From the NCBI RefSeq assembly GCF_009914755.1, contig NC_060942.1: a DNA stretch of 64,000 bases. The stretch is one strand, 5' to 3'. A program made the translations under genes and the position numbers. Source of the DNA: the human T2T-CHM13v2.0 reference genome, Homo sapiens. This document shows, piece after piece, positions 1 through 12,680 of the stretch. Positions within the stretch are counted from its first letter, which is position 1. Each line of letters opens with the position of its first letter. Under the pieces are notes generated by a model. That model saw only the letters and a program-made list of their open reading frames with translations, did not search any database and was not told the origin of the DNA.

Positions 1-594
1 ATCTGGCTCCCCAGGCCATGCTCCCAACCACAGCCAATTGCAGCTCCTGCCTCTGATCACAAAAGTAACCAAGAAAGGACAGTAGTCTCTGCTAACACGT
101 AATGAGTGGCCCAGACTGCAGGTTCAGAGGTGCTTAGGGATGCCTTTGTGGTGGAGGGAGGGAAGGATTTGGGTGGCACTGCCCTCCAGGGACAGCCAAG
201 CAGGCAAGGGCCGGCAGGGCAGACTGGAGCCCTCCAGGCAGGCTTGGCCAGCCTCAGGGGCTGGAATGTGGAGACCACCCCAGCCCCAGGCTACTGTCTT
301 TCTCATAGTGTTGGAGAGGGGTCCTCTCCCTTGCTCGCTCCCCAGACAGCCTCCCCTACTCTGTGTAAGTTTTGGTGGTGGTTTTGGCAAAGCTCTGCCG
401 GGGGTAAGAAGAGAAGGGGAGAGAAGAAAATAGAGCTGTGGCTCAATCAGCCTTTCCCATCCCACTTTCTGAGCACAGCTGAGTGGGTGGTCACCTGGAT
501 GGACTGAGTGGCCACAATGCTCCCCTCCAATGTGCCCTAAATGTACCTTTGAAGCCCCTACTCTCCAATCCCTAAACACACACCCTGTTCTCAG

Positions 595-868
595 CTGCCA
601 TGCCTTTGTTCATGCTGAACTCTTGGCTGGAGATTACAACTGATCTCGCACTTCCGGGGGTCCACATCCCATCCACACTTCAAGGTCTCACTTAGACAAC
701 CCTTTCCCCATCCCTCAATTCAGAGGCTCCATCTCTCCAGCCTTCGGTCTCCTGATTCTTGCCATTTATTTGACTCTGCCTTGAACTGTAATGATTGGTG
801 TCTCTGCTAGATTGTAAGCTGCTTGAGGGCAGATCATATCATTAAATGCTTAGCACAGTCCTGACACA
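595..868 (+). mobile_element. L2 LINE 3' fragment (degenerate)
   Basis: L2 3'-end motifs 'ctagattgtaagctgcttgagggcag' and 'gcttagcacagtcctgacaca'. Confidence 0.65.
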
Positions 869-899
869 AAATTGGTGGAAGGTCTATGGCAAGGGCTGT

Positions 900-1233
900 C
901 CTTAGCTGCCATGTTGTGAGGATGCTCAAGCAGCCCTAGGGAGAGGTCCCCATGGCAGAGGATTGAGGCCTTCTGCCAACAGCCAATGCCAACTTGCTAG
1001 TTGAATGGGTGAGCCACCTTGAGAGTGGATCCTCCAGCCCCAGTCAGGACTCCCGACGACAGCAGCCCTGGCTGACATCTTGATTGCAACCTCATGAAAG
1101 ACACTGAACCAGGACTGCTCAGTTGAGCATCTCCTAAATTCCTGATCCACAGAAACTATGAGGCAATAAATGTTTATTCTCACTTTAAGCCACTACATTT
1201 TTGTGTTGTTATGCAGTAATAGATAATAATCCA
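900..1233 (+). mobile_element. MLT1F-like ERVL-MaLR LTR (3' part)
   Basis: 'gctgccatgttgtgagg...ggatcctccagccccagtca...aataaatgtttatt...ttaagccactacatttt...ttatgcagtaatagataa' matches the MLT1 LTR 3' half. Confidence 0.85.
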
Positions 1234-2369
1234 GTGACATCATTTCACAGACACTATAGATTTGTGATATTTATCATAATTTTCTGGCAGATGGCAGTTA
1301 AATGTCTCACCTTAACAAAATCCGTGTATTACAACAATGTTTTGATAGATGGAAGCAAATGTATTGAGGAAGTGACACCTTTTTCTAATTCTCACAAAGC
1401 CACCCTGTAGGTAGCAGGGTCCTGACCCTCAAAGGGGTCTTCCCATCTGAAAAGACTGTGTGTAAATGAAACGACCCTTCCACTGTTAAGTAAAAAGCCA
1501 AAGTCAGTAAAACCCCAGGAAATTAGTTCTCTATGGAGAGCCAAGTTTTCTTGCTTGCTAAGGGCTTATTCCTTTAGAGATGAAAATGTTTTAAAATGCT
1601 TTTCAGGGAAAATTCCCACCATTCCTTAAACTTTACTCTGCCTTTTAAAATAGAAGAGCTGGAACCCGTTAGTCCACGTGTTGGTGATCAGCGTCCCACT
1701 GTGATAACCATCCGAGCACTCTGAGAAATGGCGTGTGGTTGTCCTGTGCTAAGTGTGGATCTTCTGTGCTTTGAGAGCAATGTCTACTTGCGACTCACAA
1801 TCAGGAAACCACAGCTGTGTGACTTTGGGAGGCCCTTCCACTTCTCTGGACTTCTGTCTCATCATGTGATAGGATGGTTACGAGAAATCTGATAACATCA
1901 TGACCATGAGGAGCCAGAAGCGCAAAGTGGATCTGACGATGGGGACAGAACCCACCCTGTGACCCTGGACTTGAAGGCTGGTTTTCCCAGCAGTGACTTC
2001 TCACTGCGCCTTGGTTTGTGGCCTTTGTTCCATTCCTGGAGAAACAGATGTAACCATGGTAGCTCAAGGCTGTTTTTCCAGGCAGGAGACTAACCTCAGT
2101 GGCAGGGATTGGGAGGGGTGAGCTGCGGTCAGGAGGTGAGGGCTGCCACTTGCTGTTTCATTGTCTTTTTGGGAAGAAGTGTCCCCACCCTGCATGCTGG
2201 GAGCTTCCCTGGTGACCCTAAGATTCCCATGCCCTGGTGGGCCAGTAGACAGCAGTGTCCCAAAGGGGATGTCATGCTCCTGCCCCCATGCCTTCCATCC
2301 CTTTGCCTCCCATCTTCTAAGCTAAGGCAGTTCTGTCTCCAAGAATAACATGCACAAGGAAAAAAATTC

Positions 2370-2395
2370 CACACACACACACACACAGACACACA
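2370..2395. repeat. (CA)n microsatellite
   Basis: Interrupted CA run seen directly. Confidence 0.9.
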
Positions 2396-2798
2396 TGAGA
2401 AACAAAACAAAACACTCAACAGCTAGAAGAGGCTTGATGTGAAGTATGAACCTTTGGTAGGAAGGAGCTAGAAAAAAAATAGAGATGAAAATAAAGGAGA
2501 AAGATGGGAAGAGGAGATGAGGAGCTCAGAAATGGAAGAAAGAGGTTAAAGAAGAATGCAGGCGGGTTGAAACCTTCTTAGATGTGGCCACTATTCCAGA
2601 GGACATCCCCTGGGCCTCTGCCTTCAGTGGAAGGTTCTAGAACCCAGGTAAGTCCAAGCAACCCTGTCTGAAAAAATGGCACTTCCCTCTCTGGGCCTCA
2701 GTTTGTTCAACTGTAAAATGAGAGCATCTGTCCTCTCAGAGAGAGACTGTGCTCCCCTCTCTCCCTACCAAGGGGCCAGCAAGCTAGTGAGCTTTTGC

Positions 2799-3046
2799 AA
2801 TAATAGCTACCATTTATTGAATGCCACTTGTCACGTCAGTCATCACACCTCTAATCCTTTCTCAAGCAACACAACTCTGAAAGATATAGATTTTTATCAG
2901 CACCTCCAATTTACAGATAATAAAACAGGTATGGAGAGGGCAGGTAGCTTGCCCATTGCCACCCAGCCAGCCAATGTCTGAGCCAGGATTTGAACCCAGC
3001 TGCGTTTGATGCCAAAGCTCATATTTGTTCCCCTTCACCATGCTGC
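2799..3046 (-). mobile_element. MIR SINE
   Basis: 'aataatagctaccatttattga...tttacagat...gagccaggatttgaacccag' is the reverse-complement MIR pattern. Confidence 0.85.
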
Positions 3047-3534
3047 CCCCTGGGAAGTCCAATTCAAGGGCAGGGGGATTTGGACCCTTCCCCTGGGAGG
3101 CTGACTCTTAGTCTAGGGGTTTAATCAGAGCCAGCCTGGAAAGATGAGCAGAGGGGGCTGAGACCCAAGCTTGCCAGGTGACTAAGGAGTATGGAGTGCA
3201 AATGAGTGGTATGGGCAGAAAGGTACCGATCCCTGTGGGCTGGGGGTCAGGGAAGGCTTCTAGGAACAGGGGCCTTGTCTGAGCTGTGAAGAGTAGAAAG
3301 CATTTTGTTGGGCAGAGGGGGCAGGAAGAACATGCTCTACATCATTTGAATCCGGAATGGATCTGGAGAGCTTTAAATCCCTTCTGAAAATAGGCTTAAC
3401 CTGGATTCCCCAAGTGGGATCAAACAAATTGTCCTCAGCTGGTGCTGACACTGTGCCTGGAGTTGACTGAGGAGGTTGAGGGTGAGGTCCCCGCTCTCAG
3501 ATAGCCTGGGCTGACATCTTCGCTTCACCACCCC

Positions 3535-3680
3535 ATGACCTGTGGGACTTGGTAATTACCCTCCTTGAGCTGGGTTTCCTCATCTGTACAATGAGGATGA
3601 GTTGCCATGAGGATCAAATGAGGTAATGCACACAAATTGCCTCCTGATATGTAGTCAGTGCTCAACCAATGCTAGCAATT
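3535..3680 (+). mobile_element. MIR SINE
   Basis: Core 'gtttcctcatctgtacaatgagg...gaggatcaaatgaggtaatgca'. Confidence 0.75.
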
Positions 3681-3894
3681 GTGAAGTCCAGGAAGGATGC
3701 AGACATCTTATGGGTGTTTTTGCAGGGATGGGGCCATAACAGAAACCAATTTGCCTTCTGCACAGTTTTGCAGAGATCTACGCTATTGAAGACACTCCCT
3801 GAGAAGGGTCCTTACAGGCTCCCAGGGCTCTCCCCTGGCATCTGTTCGGAGCATCACCATCTTCTAAGGTTTTTTCATACCTCCTTGTCTCAGG

Positions 3895-4212
3895 TACTTC
3901 TAACCCAAAGAGCTTGGCAAGGCTGGTACAAATTTTACGTCCATTTTACAGATGAGAAAATTAGGCACAGAACGAAGCCCATGCCCCAGGCCACATGGCA
4001 AATCAGTGTCAGAGCTAGAATTAGAACTAGGATGTTTTAACCCATTTATGCCTAGTGTTCCATTATTGGAACACTAAGCTTGTGGGAGTTATTTATAGCC
4101 TACTGCTCAAGGTCATCGCCAAAGTCTGATTTTTCACAAAAAGATTCTCAACCTCTTGCATAAATAGGTTAATGCCCAAGCCTGTGTCCCCTCTGTTAGA
4201 CCACAGTGCCCC
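3895..4212 (-). mobile_element. MIR SINE interrupted by MER85
   Basis: 'ccattttacagatgagaaaattaggcacaga...agagctagaattagaactagg', resuming after the MER85 as 'tgcccaagcctgtg'. Confidence 0.7.
4041..4168 (+). mobile_element. MER85 (non-autonomous piggyBac/PGBD3 MITE), full length
   Basis: TTAA TSDs at 4037-4040 and 4169-4172; TIRs CCCATTTATGC / GCATAAATAGG; body matches the recalled MER85 consensus (…GTTCCATTATTGGAAC…GCTCAAGGTCATCGCCAA…). Confidence 0.95.
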
Positions 4213-6879
4213 CAACTAGGTGCAAGCCTGCCTGGCTAGTAAAGGACTCGTGTTCTAGTCTTAGTTTTACTAGGAACATGAAGTGCTGGTGTAGGCAAAT
4301 TATATACTTCTGCTGCCTCAGTTTCCTTATCTAGGAAATGGGGAAGTAATTGCATGGATCTCGCCGAGTGGTATGTGAGTGGAATGAGTCAGCCTGAGGT
4401 TCCAGGCACACTTGGGTTATTTGGAAGTCCCATTCCCCCAGTGAGATCACCTGCTTCAAGGCAGGGTCTATTTCTTGTATTTCTGCATTACTCCCAGGAT
4501 GCCAGCAAGTAGGAACATGGTAGACACTGTATGAATGAGATTGGTTCAAATAAACAAAGGGGATAGCTTTGAAATCACAAAAGGCAGTGGGATGGCCCCA
4601 GCCCTCTGCCGTGGGATACCTGACATTTGAACAGAGCCCTATCATTCATAAGGTGCTTATATTAATTCATTTCATTCTTCTGCTGGTATTATGATCCCTG
4701 TTATGGTAATCAGAGAGGCTAAGTGACCTGCTCCAAGTCACGCAGCTAGAAAACAGCAGGGTGGGAACTGGATTTCTGCTTGAGTCCCATTGCTTTCCTG
4801 CCCTTCAAGAATAGAACTGTTGGTGCAATTCTATTGCTATGATCCACAAGTCTGGTGCCTCCCTGAATCCTGCTCAGCTCAGCAAATCTGGGCTCAGGAT
4901 GGTGGTTCCATCTGCCAAATCCCCAGGGCAAGCTGGCCCCAGCCAGCCGACTCCCACTATCCCGGAAGCTGTCCCCACCCAGTCTCCAGCCTCCACCTCC
5001 TCCCATGCCCAGGCCTGGAGCTTCACAGCCACCTGGTGGAATTAGTGGCTGAGGTGGGGGTGGGAGGTGTGCTGCATGGGGTGAGAAGGGATGTGGATTT
5101 CCTCTCCAGATGTGGGAATGAGGTTGGGCAGCGGCTACCTGCGTTCTTTGAGCAGGTCTTTACTCGTGGTCTGTAGGCACTGAAATCCACAAAGGGGTGG
5201 TGGGTTAGGGCAGGATAAAGGGTGGGAGACCTGGCCCAAGCAGCTGGCCAGCCCTAGATCTCTGCTGGGCACACCCACCCAGCCCTTGGCAGTTTCCCCA
5301 AGCAAGGTGGTCACACCCCTTGGCCCTGGAATGCCCCTGGGCCTTGGCTGCCCCAGAGGCTGGAACCAGACATGTGGGCTGGGAGGCTGGGCAGGGCTAC
5401 TTCAACTTTTAGCCTGTGCCCTGCCCGCCACGAGCACCCCAGGCAGAGCGCCCACACTGGGTAAAGCCGGCCCCACCTGCTCTGCCACCCTGCCAGGACA
5501 CGCCTAGAGCCCGCAGTCCCCAGCTGAGCCTGGCCCACTCAGCCCCTCAGGGTTTCTGTGCGATTTGCTCTGAGCTTTCTTCCTCTGCTAAGGGCAATGG
5601 CCATCCAGGTGTTCCCTTACAGCTGGAATGCAGGCCCTTCCCACCTCACACAATTGTGCACCCCCTCCTCTTTCCCTGCAATGTCCAGCCCCCTTGACAA
5701 GACAAGCAAGGGCCCAGAAGAGGCCAGACCCAGGAAGCAGGCACCCCTGGGTTCTCATCCCAGTCACAGACAGATTTTCTCTGCCCCTACATCTAAGGTC
5801 TGAGTTTTTTTTCTGCAACCAGTCACTCAAGTCTCTGCTTCATGGTTCTCTGCTGAAACCCCCTGGGTTAACAATGCCACATGCCTGTTGAGCTTTACTT
5901 TCAGGAAAGCTTGTTCACAGGCATTTTTCTTCATGTTTTCCTAGGATCCCTGTGTACATAAGGAATTATTTTGCCTATTTTGCCAACGAGAAACCTAAGC
6001 TCCTGCTGGTGAATTGATTTGCCCAAGGTCACAGAACTGTGTAAGTGACAGAGGTCCCAAACCTCCTGCTGGTCACCTAGGCTCTGCCCCCTGTATGAGG
6101 CTGTATCCCCTGTTGACCTCCAGCCCCAACATCATCGCCACCTCTTCAACCCTTTCTCCATCTCCTCTACACCAGCATTGGTTTGATTTTATCAGAACAA
6201 GGTCTAAGATCCCCATAGAGGTTTAGAGTAGGGCAAAAGCCAGGGTGCGCTTCTCTAGGCTGGACTTGAAGGGTACCGAAGAGCGTAGCCCAAGGGATGG
6301 GCAGATGGGTGAGGAAGAATGAGGGGAAGCCTCACACCTGGGCTTTGGGGATAGAAATGGGTGTGGGATTCAGGCTGAGGGTACATGAGTGTCAGAGCTG
6401 CTCAGTCACACCTAGAGGACCCCCTTCGTCTATGTAGAGGCTGCCTGAGGCCTCTGGGGCAATCTGAAGTGGATGTGCCAGGACCACTGCCCTCATCCCC
6501 TCATCCAAGGGGTGGCTTGGAGCCTTTTACCTTTCAAAGCACTTTGACCTCTTTGGTGGCAGGCCAGGCGGAATTATGCCTATTTGACAGATGAGGAAAC
6601 TAAAGTGAAGGTGAGGCTAAGGTCACAAAGTGATGGGATGAGAGTGGGGGCGCTCGCATCTTCCCTGAGGCCATTGCTTTTGCTAATGCACCATGCAGGG
6701 GACTTGCAAGAAAGACAGAAAAAGTGGGTTCCCTACGGGGCTGCCTGGCCTCAGTCACAAAGTGAGGGCTCGTTTCAGTTTGCTAGGGTGCAACTGCAGG
6801 GTCAAGAGCTGGCGGGACACACCAATGGAGAGGAGTGCCACCGCAGATGGCTGGCACCCTGGCCGGGTTGGCCATGGAA

Positions 6880-7170
6880 GTCTGCGGCAGGCAAATCAAA
6901 TGGTGCCCCTTCAAGCTGTTGTTCTTTAATTATTTTTTCATCCTTTATTTTCTAGGGGGCAGTGGGGGGAGACTTGTTTTCTTTTAAGAAAAGTTGCACA
7001 CCTCTTTCATGTTCAAAATAAAGGATTTACTACTTGTGTTTATTACAGGCGATTTCCTGAGCCAGAAAACTTCTTGGGAGGCTTATTAAACCTTATTAAA
7101 CCACTGAAAATTTAGATAATAAAATAAATCACTCGTCTCCCATAAACAGCACTAGGCCACGCGTTACTGA
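6880..7170. promoter_or_regulatory. Candidate enhancer (HOX/PBX/FOX motif cluster)
   Basis: Repeat-free AT-rich island with TTTATTAC 7039-7046, ATAAATCA 7124-7131, CCCATAAA 7139-7146, TGTTTAT 7037-7043. Confidence 0.35.
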
Positions 7171-8499
7171 GTTTCATACTCCCAATGGCCTCAGGCTGCC
7201 TTCACAGGAGATGTCCCCTTCTGGTGTTGGATGGCTCCCTGGAGGGTGGGGCTGTGGTGGAAGGGTGGGACAAGCATCAACCCATGAGAGCACTATTCTT
7301 TGTAGCCATTTCTGCCCAAAGGGGCCATCTCCTCTAGTAGAGTGGAAATGGTTTAGATTTTGCTAGTTATTGAAGAGGTTGTGTGTGGATAACTGGGCTA
7401 AGTGGTACCATATTTTGACCCTTCCTGGGGATATTTTGGCATCTGTTCTAGAAGGCATTAAGGTGCTCCACAGCTGGCTAGCCTCTGAGTGTGCTGTCTG
7501 CATGCCTCTTCTACCCACGTGCCAAGGGCTCCCAGTGCTGTGGGTAGGGCTCTGGAAGCTGAGTCCATTGCTGCTGGCCCTGGGGACTTTACACCAGGCA
7601 GAAAGGAAAGCAGAGGCCAGGTGAGGGGGCCATAGTTGGAGCAGAGAAAGGCCGGGAGCATGAGGAGCAAAGGCTGGGAAGTACCCAGGTGTGCAGTCAG
7701 CAGACAGCAGGCCAAAACCCTCTGGGGGAGGAATTATAGTTAAAATCCTAGCTCTGCTCTGCAACTGCTTCATGTGACCTTGAAGCGGCCGGGTCCCTGT
7801 TTGAGCTTCAGTTTCTTCTTTTATATAAGACTAGCTGGTTGTGAATGTCCCTTGCTGCCCACACATGAATCCATTTCAATATTTTGGTTCCAGGATAGAT
7901 CCTTGGATTCTGAGGTCATGCACAGCTCGACTTCAGATGTCTTGGGGCTGCTGCATCTCACTTTGGGTTTCCTGTGACCTTGACTTTGCCCTCTTTCTCC
8001 TCCCACCCCCTTCACTTTAGTTCTCTCTGGGACCCTGCCAAGTTACACAGGAAAATACATGTGAACACACGTTGGACTTTCAGATGACGAGTGTTCTACA
8101 AGGTCAAGGTGGGGTTATTATTTGACCACAGTGAGTAGAGTGATGACGACTCAACAGGTTGGTAAAAGTGCTTGATGCGTCCCTTCCGCCTGCCCCAGAG
8201 GAAAAGTGAGGAGGCAGCTTCCATGTCTGTCTTCCCATCGCCCCTACAGTGGCCAAGAATGGGCATGGAGTTGGGAGCGGCCGCTTCTGCAGAATGTGCA
8301 CAGATTCATTACAGACACCCCACAGGCCTTGCATGCGCGGGTTGGGGAATGGACAGGAACACAACTCATTCTCCCATAATGGTGACTTCAGGTATGCTGC
8401 ACAGAGACACAGTAAACAGGTGATGGAAGGACCAATTCTGAGATTCCTTCACCTTTGACTGAATCAAACTGGTCACTGAGATGTACTCTGGGTGCCCAT

Positions 8500-8720
8500 T
8501 AGGTACCAGTCGCTGTCCTAAATATTTTACATTTATATTTATATTTATATTTGCATTTATATTTCTCTCATTTCATCCTCTCAAAAACCCCATGAGGTGG
8601 CTACTGTCATCATTATCACCCCATTTTTCAAGTAGGGAAACTGAGGTAGAGCCGAGGCTTGAACCTAAGCAGTCAGGTTCCGGGTTTCCTAAGCAGTCTG
8701 CAACTGTCTCTCTCAGCTAC
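8500..8720 (-). mobile_element. MIR SINE with internal (ATTTAT)n expansion
   Basis: 'tctcatttcatcctctcaaaaaccccatgagg...cccattttt...ggaaactgagg...cttgaacctaagcagtc'. Confidence 0.8.
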
Positions 8721-8724
8721 TGCA

Positions 8725-9345
8725 GTATTTACCCATTTAGCTAAGTGCTGGAGAAACATGGATGAAAGAGATGGAGCTCCTGGTCTTAAGAAGCCACAGA
8801 AGAGTGGGAGAGACAGTAAAGACAAGACCTAAAATGAGTGCTAAGTGCTGGTTCATGGAGGCAGATGGGGTGCCTGGGGTCAGAGGACGGGGACTCTGCT
8901 GGGCCCAGGAAGGGGACTCCTCCAAGGAGGTGAGGCCCCCAAGCAGCCAGGGATGTGGGGCAGGGGAAGGACAACATTTTGGCAAAGGGATTAGCTTGTG
9001 CGAAGGCATGCGCAGAGGCTGAGTGAGGATGGCACATGCAGACAGGAATGCCAGGGAGTTTGCGGTGCTGGGTTCAAAGATTTAAGTTCAACGAATTTAG
9101 AGACAGGCTAGTCTGGGAAGCAGAGCAGGGAACACTGCAGCCCACCATGTGGGAGTCTTGGGCGTGGGTGGGACGGTGAGGCAGGGGCCTCATGAGCATT
9201 GGAATCCTTCCGCGAAGGAAATCAGGGAAGGTTCTGGATAGGAGAAGAATCTCTTGGCGCTGTATTTGAGGAAGGTGTCAGCAAGAAGCAGTCCTGGAGC
9301 AGGGAGGGAAGGGCGGCCGGAACCAGTTAGGAGATTGTATCTCCT
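8725..9345 (-). mobile_element. L2 LINE fragment
   Basis: Reverse L2 pattern 'ctaagtgctggagaaaca...tcctggtcttaagaagccaca...ggcaaagggattagcttgtgcgaaggc...accagttaggagattg'. Confidence 0.7.
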
Positions 9346-10149
9346 GACCCAGGAAGCCGCTCTGCATTATTCACGGCCACTCCCCTGCCCTTCTCTACCC
9401 CAGACCTCCATGTGGGATCTGGCCGGGGAGGAGCTGCCGTGGGGGGTGGCAGCTGTGGGAGGAAAGAGGACAGAGTCACATGCCGAGGACTCATCACAGG
9501 TGTAAGATGTCCTGGTTATGCCTCAGCCCTCGACAAACACTCCTGCCTCCCTGCTGTTGTCTACCTCAATTTAGAGACGAGGTCCAGCCAGATGGCCTCA
9601 AAGATCCCGGCCCTGCCTGTGTTTTTCAAAGGAAGCCAAACCTCAGATTTGCCTCAGAACTTGTACTTTTCTTCTAAGCAAACGCCGTCCACCACGAGAA
9701 CCGCCTGGCATTTGGCTGGGAAAGAACAAACTGGAAGCTTGCAATTTCCAGGCTTAATTGCACAGTTCCTTATAATATTATTATATAGAACTTTTATTGC
9801 ACTGAGAAAGCCCAAGCGTTTCCTTTTCCTATTTATACCTGAGCCCAGTCTCTCCTCTGCTATCATTTCCTCCCTTGCCCACTGCAGAAGCTGATGGCTG
9901 TTTGGTTCCCTTTCCAAAGAGAGGGCAATTAGGATGTGAGTTGGAAACTCATTTGTCCCCTTTGGTTGACTCGTGGAATATCAGTCAATTACCACATGTT
10001 ATTGATCACTCACCATATGCTTGACTGGGCTTCATGCTGTGTAAGTCTATAGAAAATACCTGCTTTAGAGGGGCTTCTGGCTTCACTGGGCAGGTAAGAG
10101 TAACCCACAGCAAAATATCTCAAAGAAGTAGGAACCAATAAAGAACCTA

Positions 10150-10486
<337 letters not shown>

Positions 10487-11034
10487 CTACAATCAGGAAT
10501 ATGGAAGCCAGCAAGTCAGAGCTAGGTGTCTGGGCTGAACGGCTGTCTGGGGAGGGAGGGCATCGTGGAAAGCTGTGCAACAATGCATCACAAGTGCCCG
10601 CTTCTGAATGCAGCCTGGGAATCCAGCCCTCCCTTTTGTGCTTTGTGAGACTCTCAGGAGACAGGAGCCTGCCTTCACTCTCCTGATATTTGCTCCCAGC
10701 CACAGGAGCCCAGCACCAAGGACTAGACTTTCCCGACCTAAAGGAAGAATAGTTCACCTGATTCAGCACCTTATAGAGTAGCTACCCTTTCCCTCCACCC
10801 CAACTCGACCCCACTGCAGCTACCACCGCTCGTCGTCTTGCTCTGCGATTTTTGGTTTCCAGACCATCATAAATTTACAGTGAAAATATTCTCAAGGCAG
10901 GAGAATCTCCCCATCTCCACCCTGGACTGAGGAAACCTGGCAGATCCGCTGCTGAGCTAGGACGGGCTCAGGAATTTCCTCACACCTAGAAGGTCGGCTT
11001 CCCATTTGAAGTCTCAAGATCAGAAATGTTGAAT

Positions 11035-12680
11035 AAGAAATACAAGGTTAAAAAGTAAAAAGAAGAGTTGGCAAAAAAGTCATTATTTGTGGATGATATG
11101 ATTGGATACTTTCCTATACAAATAACAGACAAGTTCAGAAGTATATTAGGGACCCCACTGACTTGGCAACAAAAATAGAAACAACACCTAGGAATAAGTT
11201 ATTAAGAAATGTGTAAGATCCATACAGAGACTGTTTTAAACATGACTGAAGCACTCCTTAAGACTTAAGTCAATGGAAAGATACAACTCGTATTTGGACA
11301 GGGAGCCACAATACCATAAAGATGCCAATTTCCCCTAAATAATTTAATAAGTGCAATACAATCCCAATAAAAATATCGGAATTTCTACTGAAATTAGATA
11401 AGCTGATTCTGAAGTTCATATAGAAAAATAAGCATTTAGGAATAGCCAAGAAATTTTTGAAACAGATGAGTAACAGAAGTAGGGGGACCAGCCCTACCAG
11501 ATATGAAGACACATTAGAAAGCCATAAAAATAAAATATTTGGTACTGGATCATGAACAGGAAGACAGATCAATATAAAGTCACGGGCAGTCCATAAACAG
11601 ACTCACATAAATTCATGTAGGTATGAATTTAGCATGTAATAAAGGTGGAATTTCAATTTGTATTTTAAAATGGATTTTTCAATTAATGAGATTAGAACAA
11701 CTAGGCAACCATGTAGGAGACAAAACAAAACAAAATAAAACTTGTATCCCTTCCTCACTCCTTACACCAAAACAAATGATACATGTAGCAAAGCTTTAAA
11801 AGTTAAAAAAAGTAAATAAAATATTGAAGAACTACTTTATAATTGCAAAGGAAAAATATTTTGCTAAGATAGAAAACCCAGAAGTCATAAAAGATTTGTT
11901 AAATTTGACTAAATAATGATTTAAACATTTATGTACATCCAAAATTCCATAACAAAATCAAGACACAAACAAACTGAAGAACATATTTGAAACATATGAT
12001 GAAGGGCTAATTTCCTTTATATAGAGAGAGACCATGTGTCACCAAATCAGGAAAAGACCTATAGTTTATTAGAAAAATTGTCAAAAAAAAAAAAAAAAAA
12101 AACCAACCCATGAACAGGAAGATCATAGAAAAATAAATATAAATAGCTTTTAAGTGTATGAAAAATGCTTACCATCATTCAGCATTAAAGACATAAAAAT
12201 TAGATTTCAAGTTTCATCTACCAGATGGGCCAAAAATAAAAAAAATTCTGATAACTCAGCAATTACCCTTATAGATATATATCTTGCAATTTCACTACTG
12301 CCATATGTTCAACTTACATATAGGATTATCTCTGTGGCATTGATTCTATAGCCAACAATTGGAAGTAAACAGTATATCCATCAATAGAGGCTTGCTAGAT
12401 ACATCATGGAGTACTATGCAGCCATTAAAAAGAATGAGGCATATCTGTATATTGATACATAGAGAACTATGTCTAAGATTTATCACTATGCTGCATGGTT
12501 ACCAGGTTTAGAAAGAAAAAGATGACCATGTGTACATACTGGTTTGTAGATGCATGAATTAAACTGTTAGAGCCTTCCTACTGGAGAGGTTGGAAGGCTG
12601 CCAGTGAGGGGTAGAAGGCAGATTTATTTTCCTACATATACTCTTTGATAGTATTTGAACCTTAAAGCCATTATTATTAA
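11035..12680 (+). mobile_element. Old L1 (L1ME/L1MD-like) ORF2-3'UTR fragment, internally deleted
   Basis: A-rich; 11080-11103 reads SLFVDDMI (L1 RT FADD motif remnant); later 'gagtactatgcagccattaaaaagaatgagg' is typical of L1 3' sequence. Confidence 0.9.

Noticed and set aside
6948-6965. CTCF-like CTAGGGGGCAG (also partial matches near 19271 and 28261)
   Set aside because: Each lacks key conserved positions of the core; not enough to call a CTCF site
11080-11103. RT catalytic-like motif SLFVDDMI
   Set aside because: Fossil L1 ORF2 remnant with adjacent deletions and stops; not a functional enzyme
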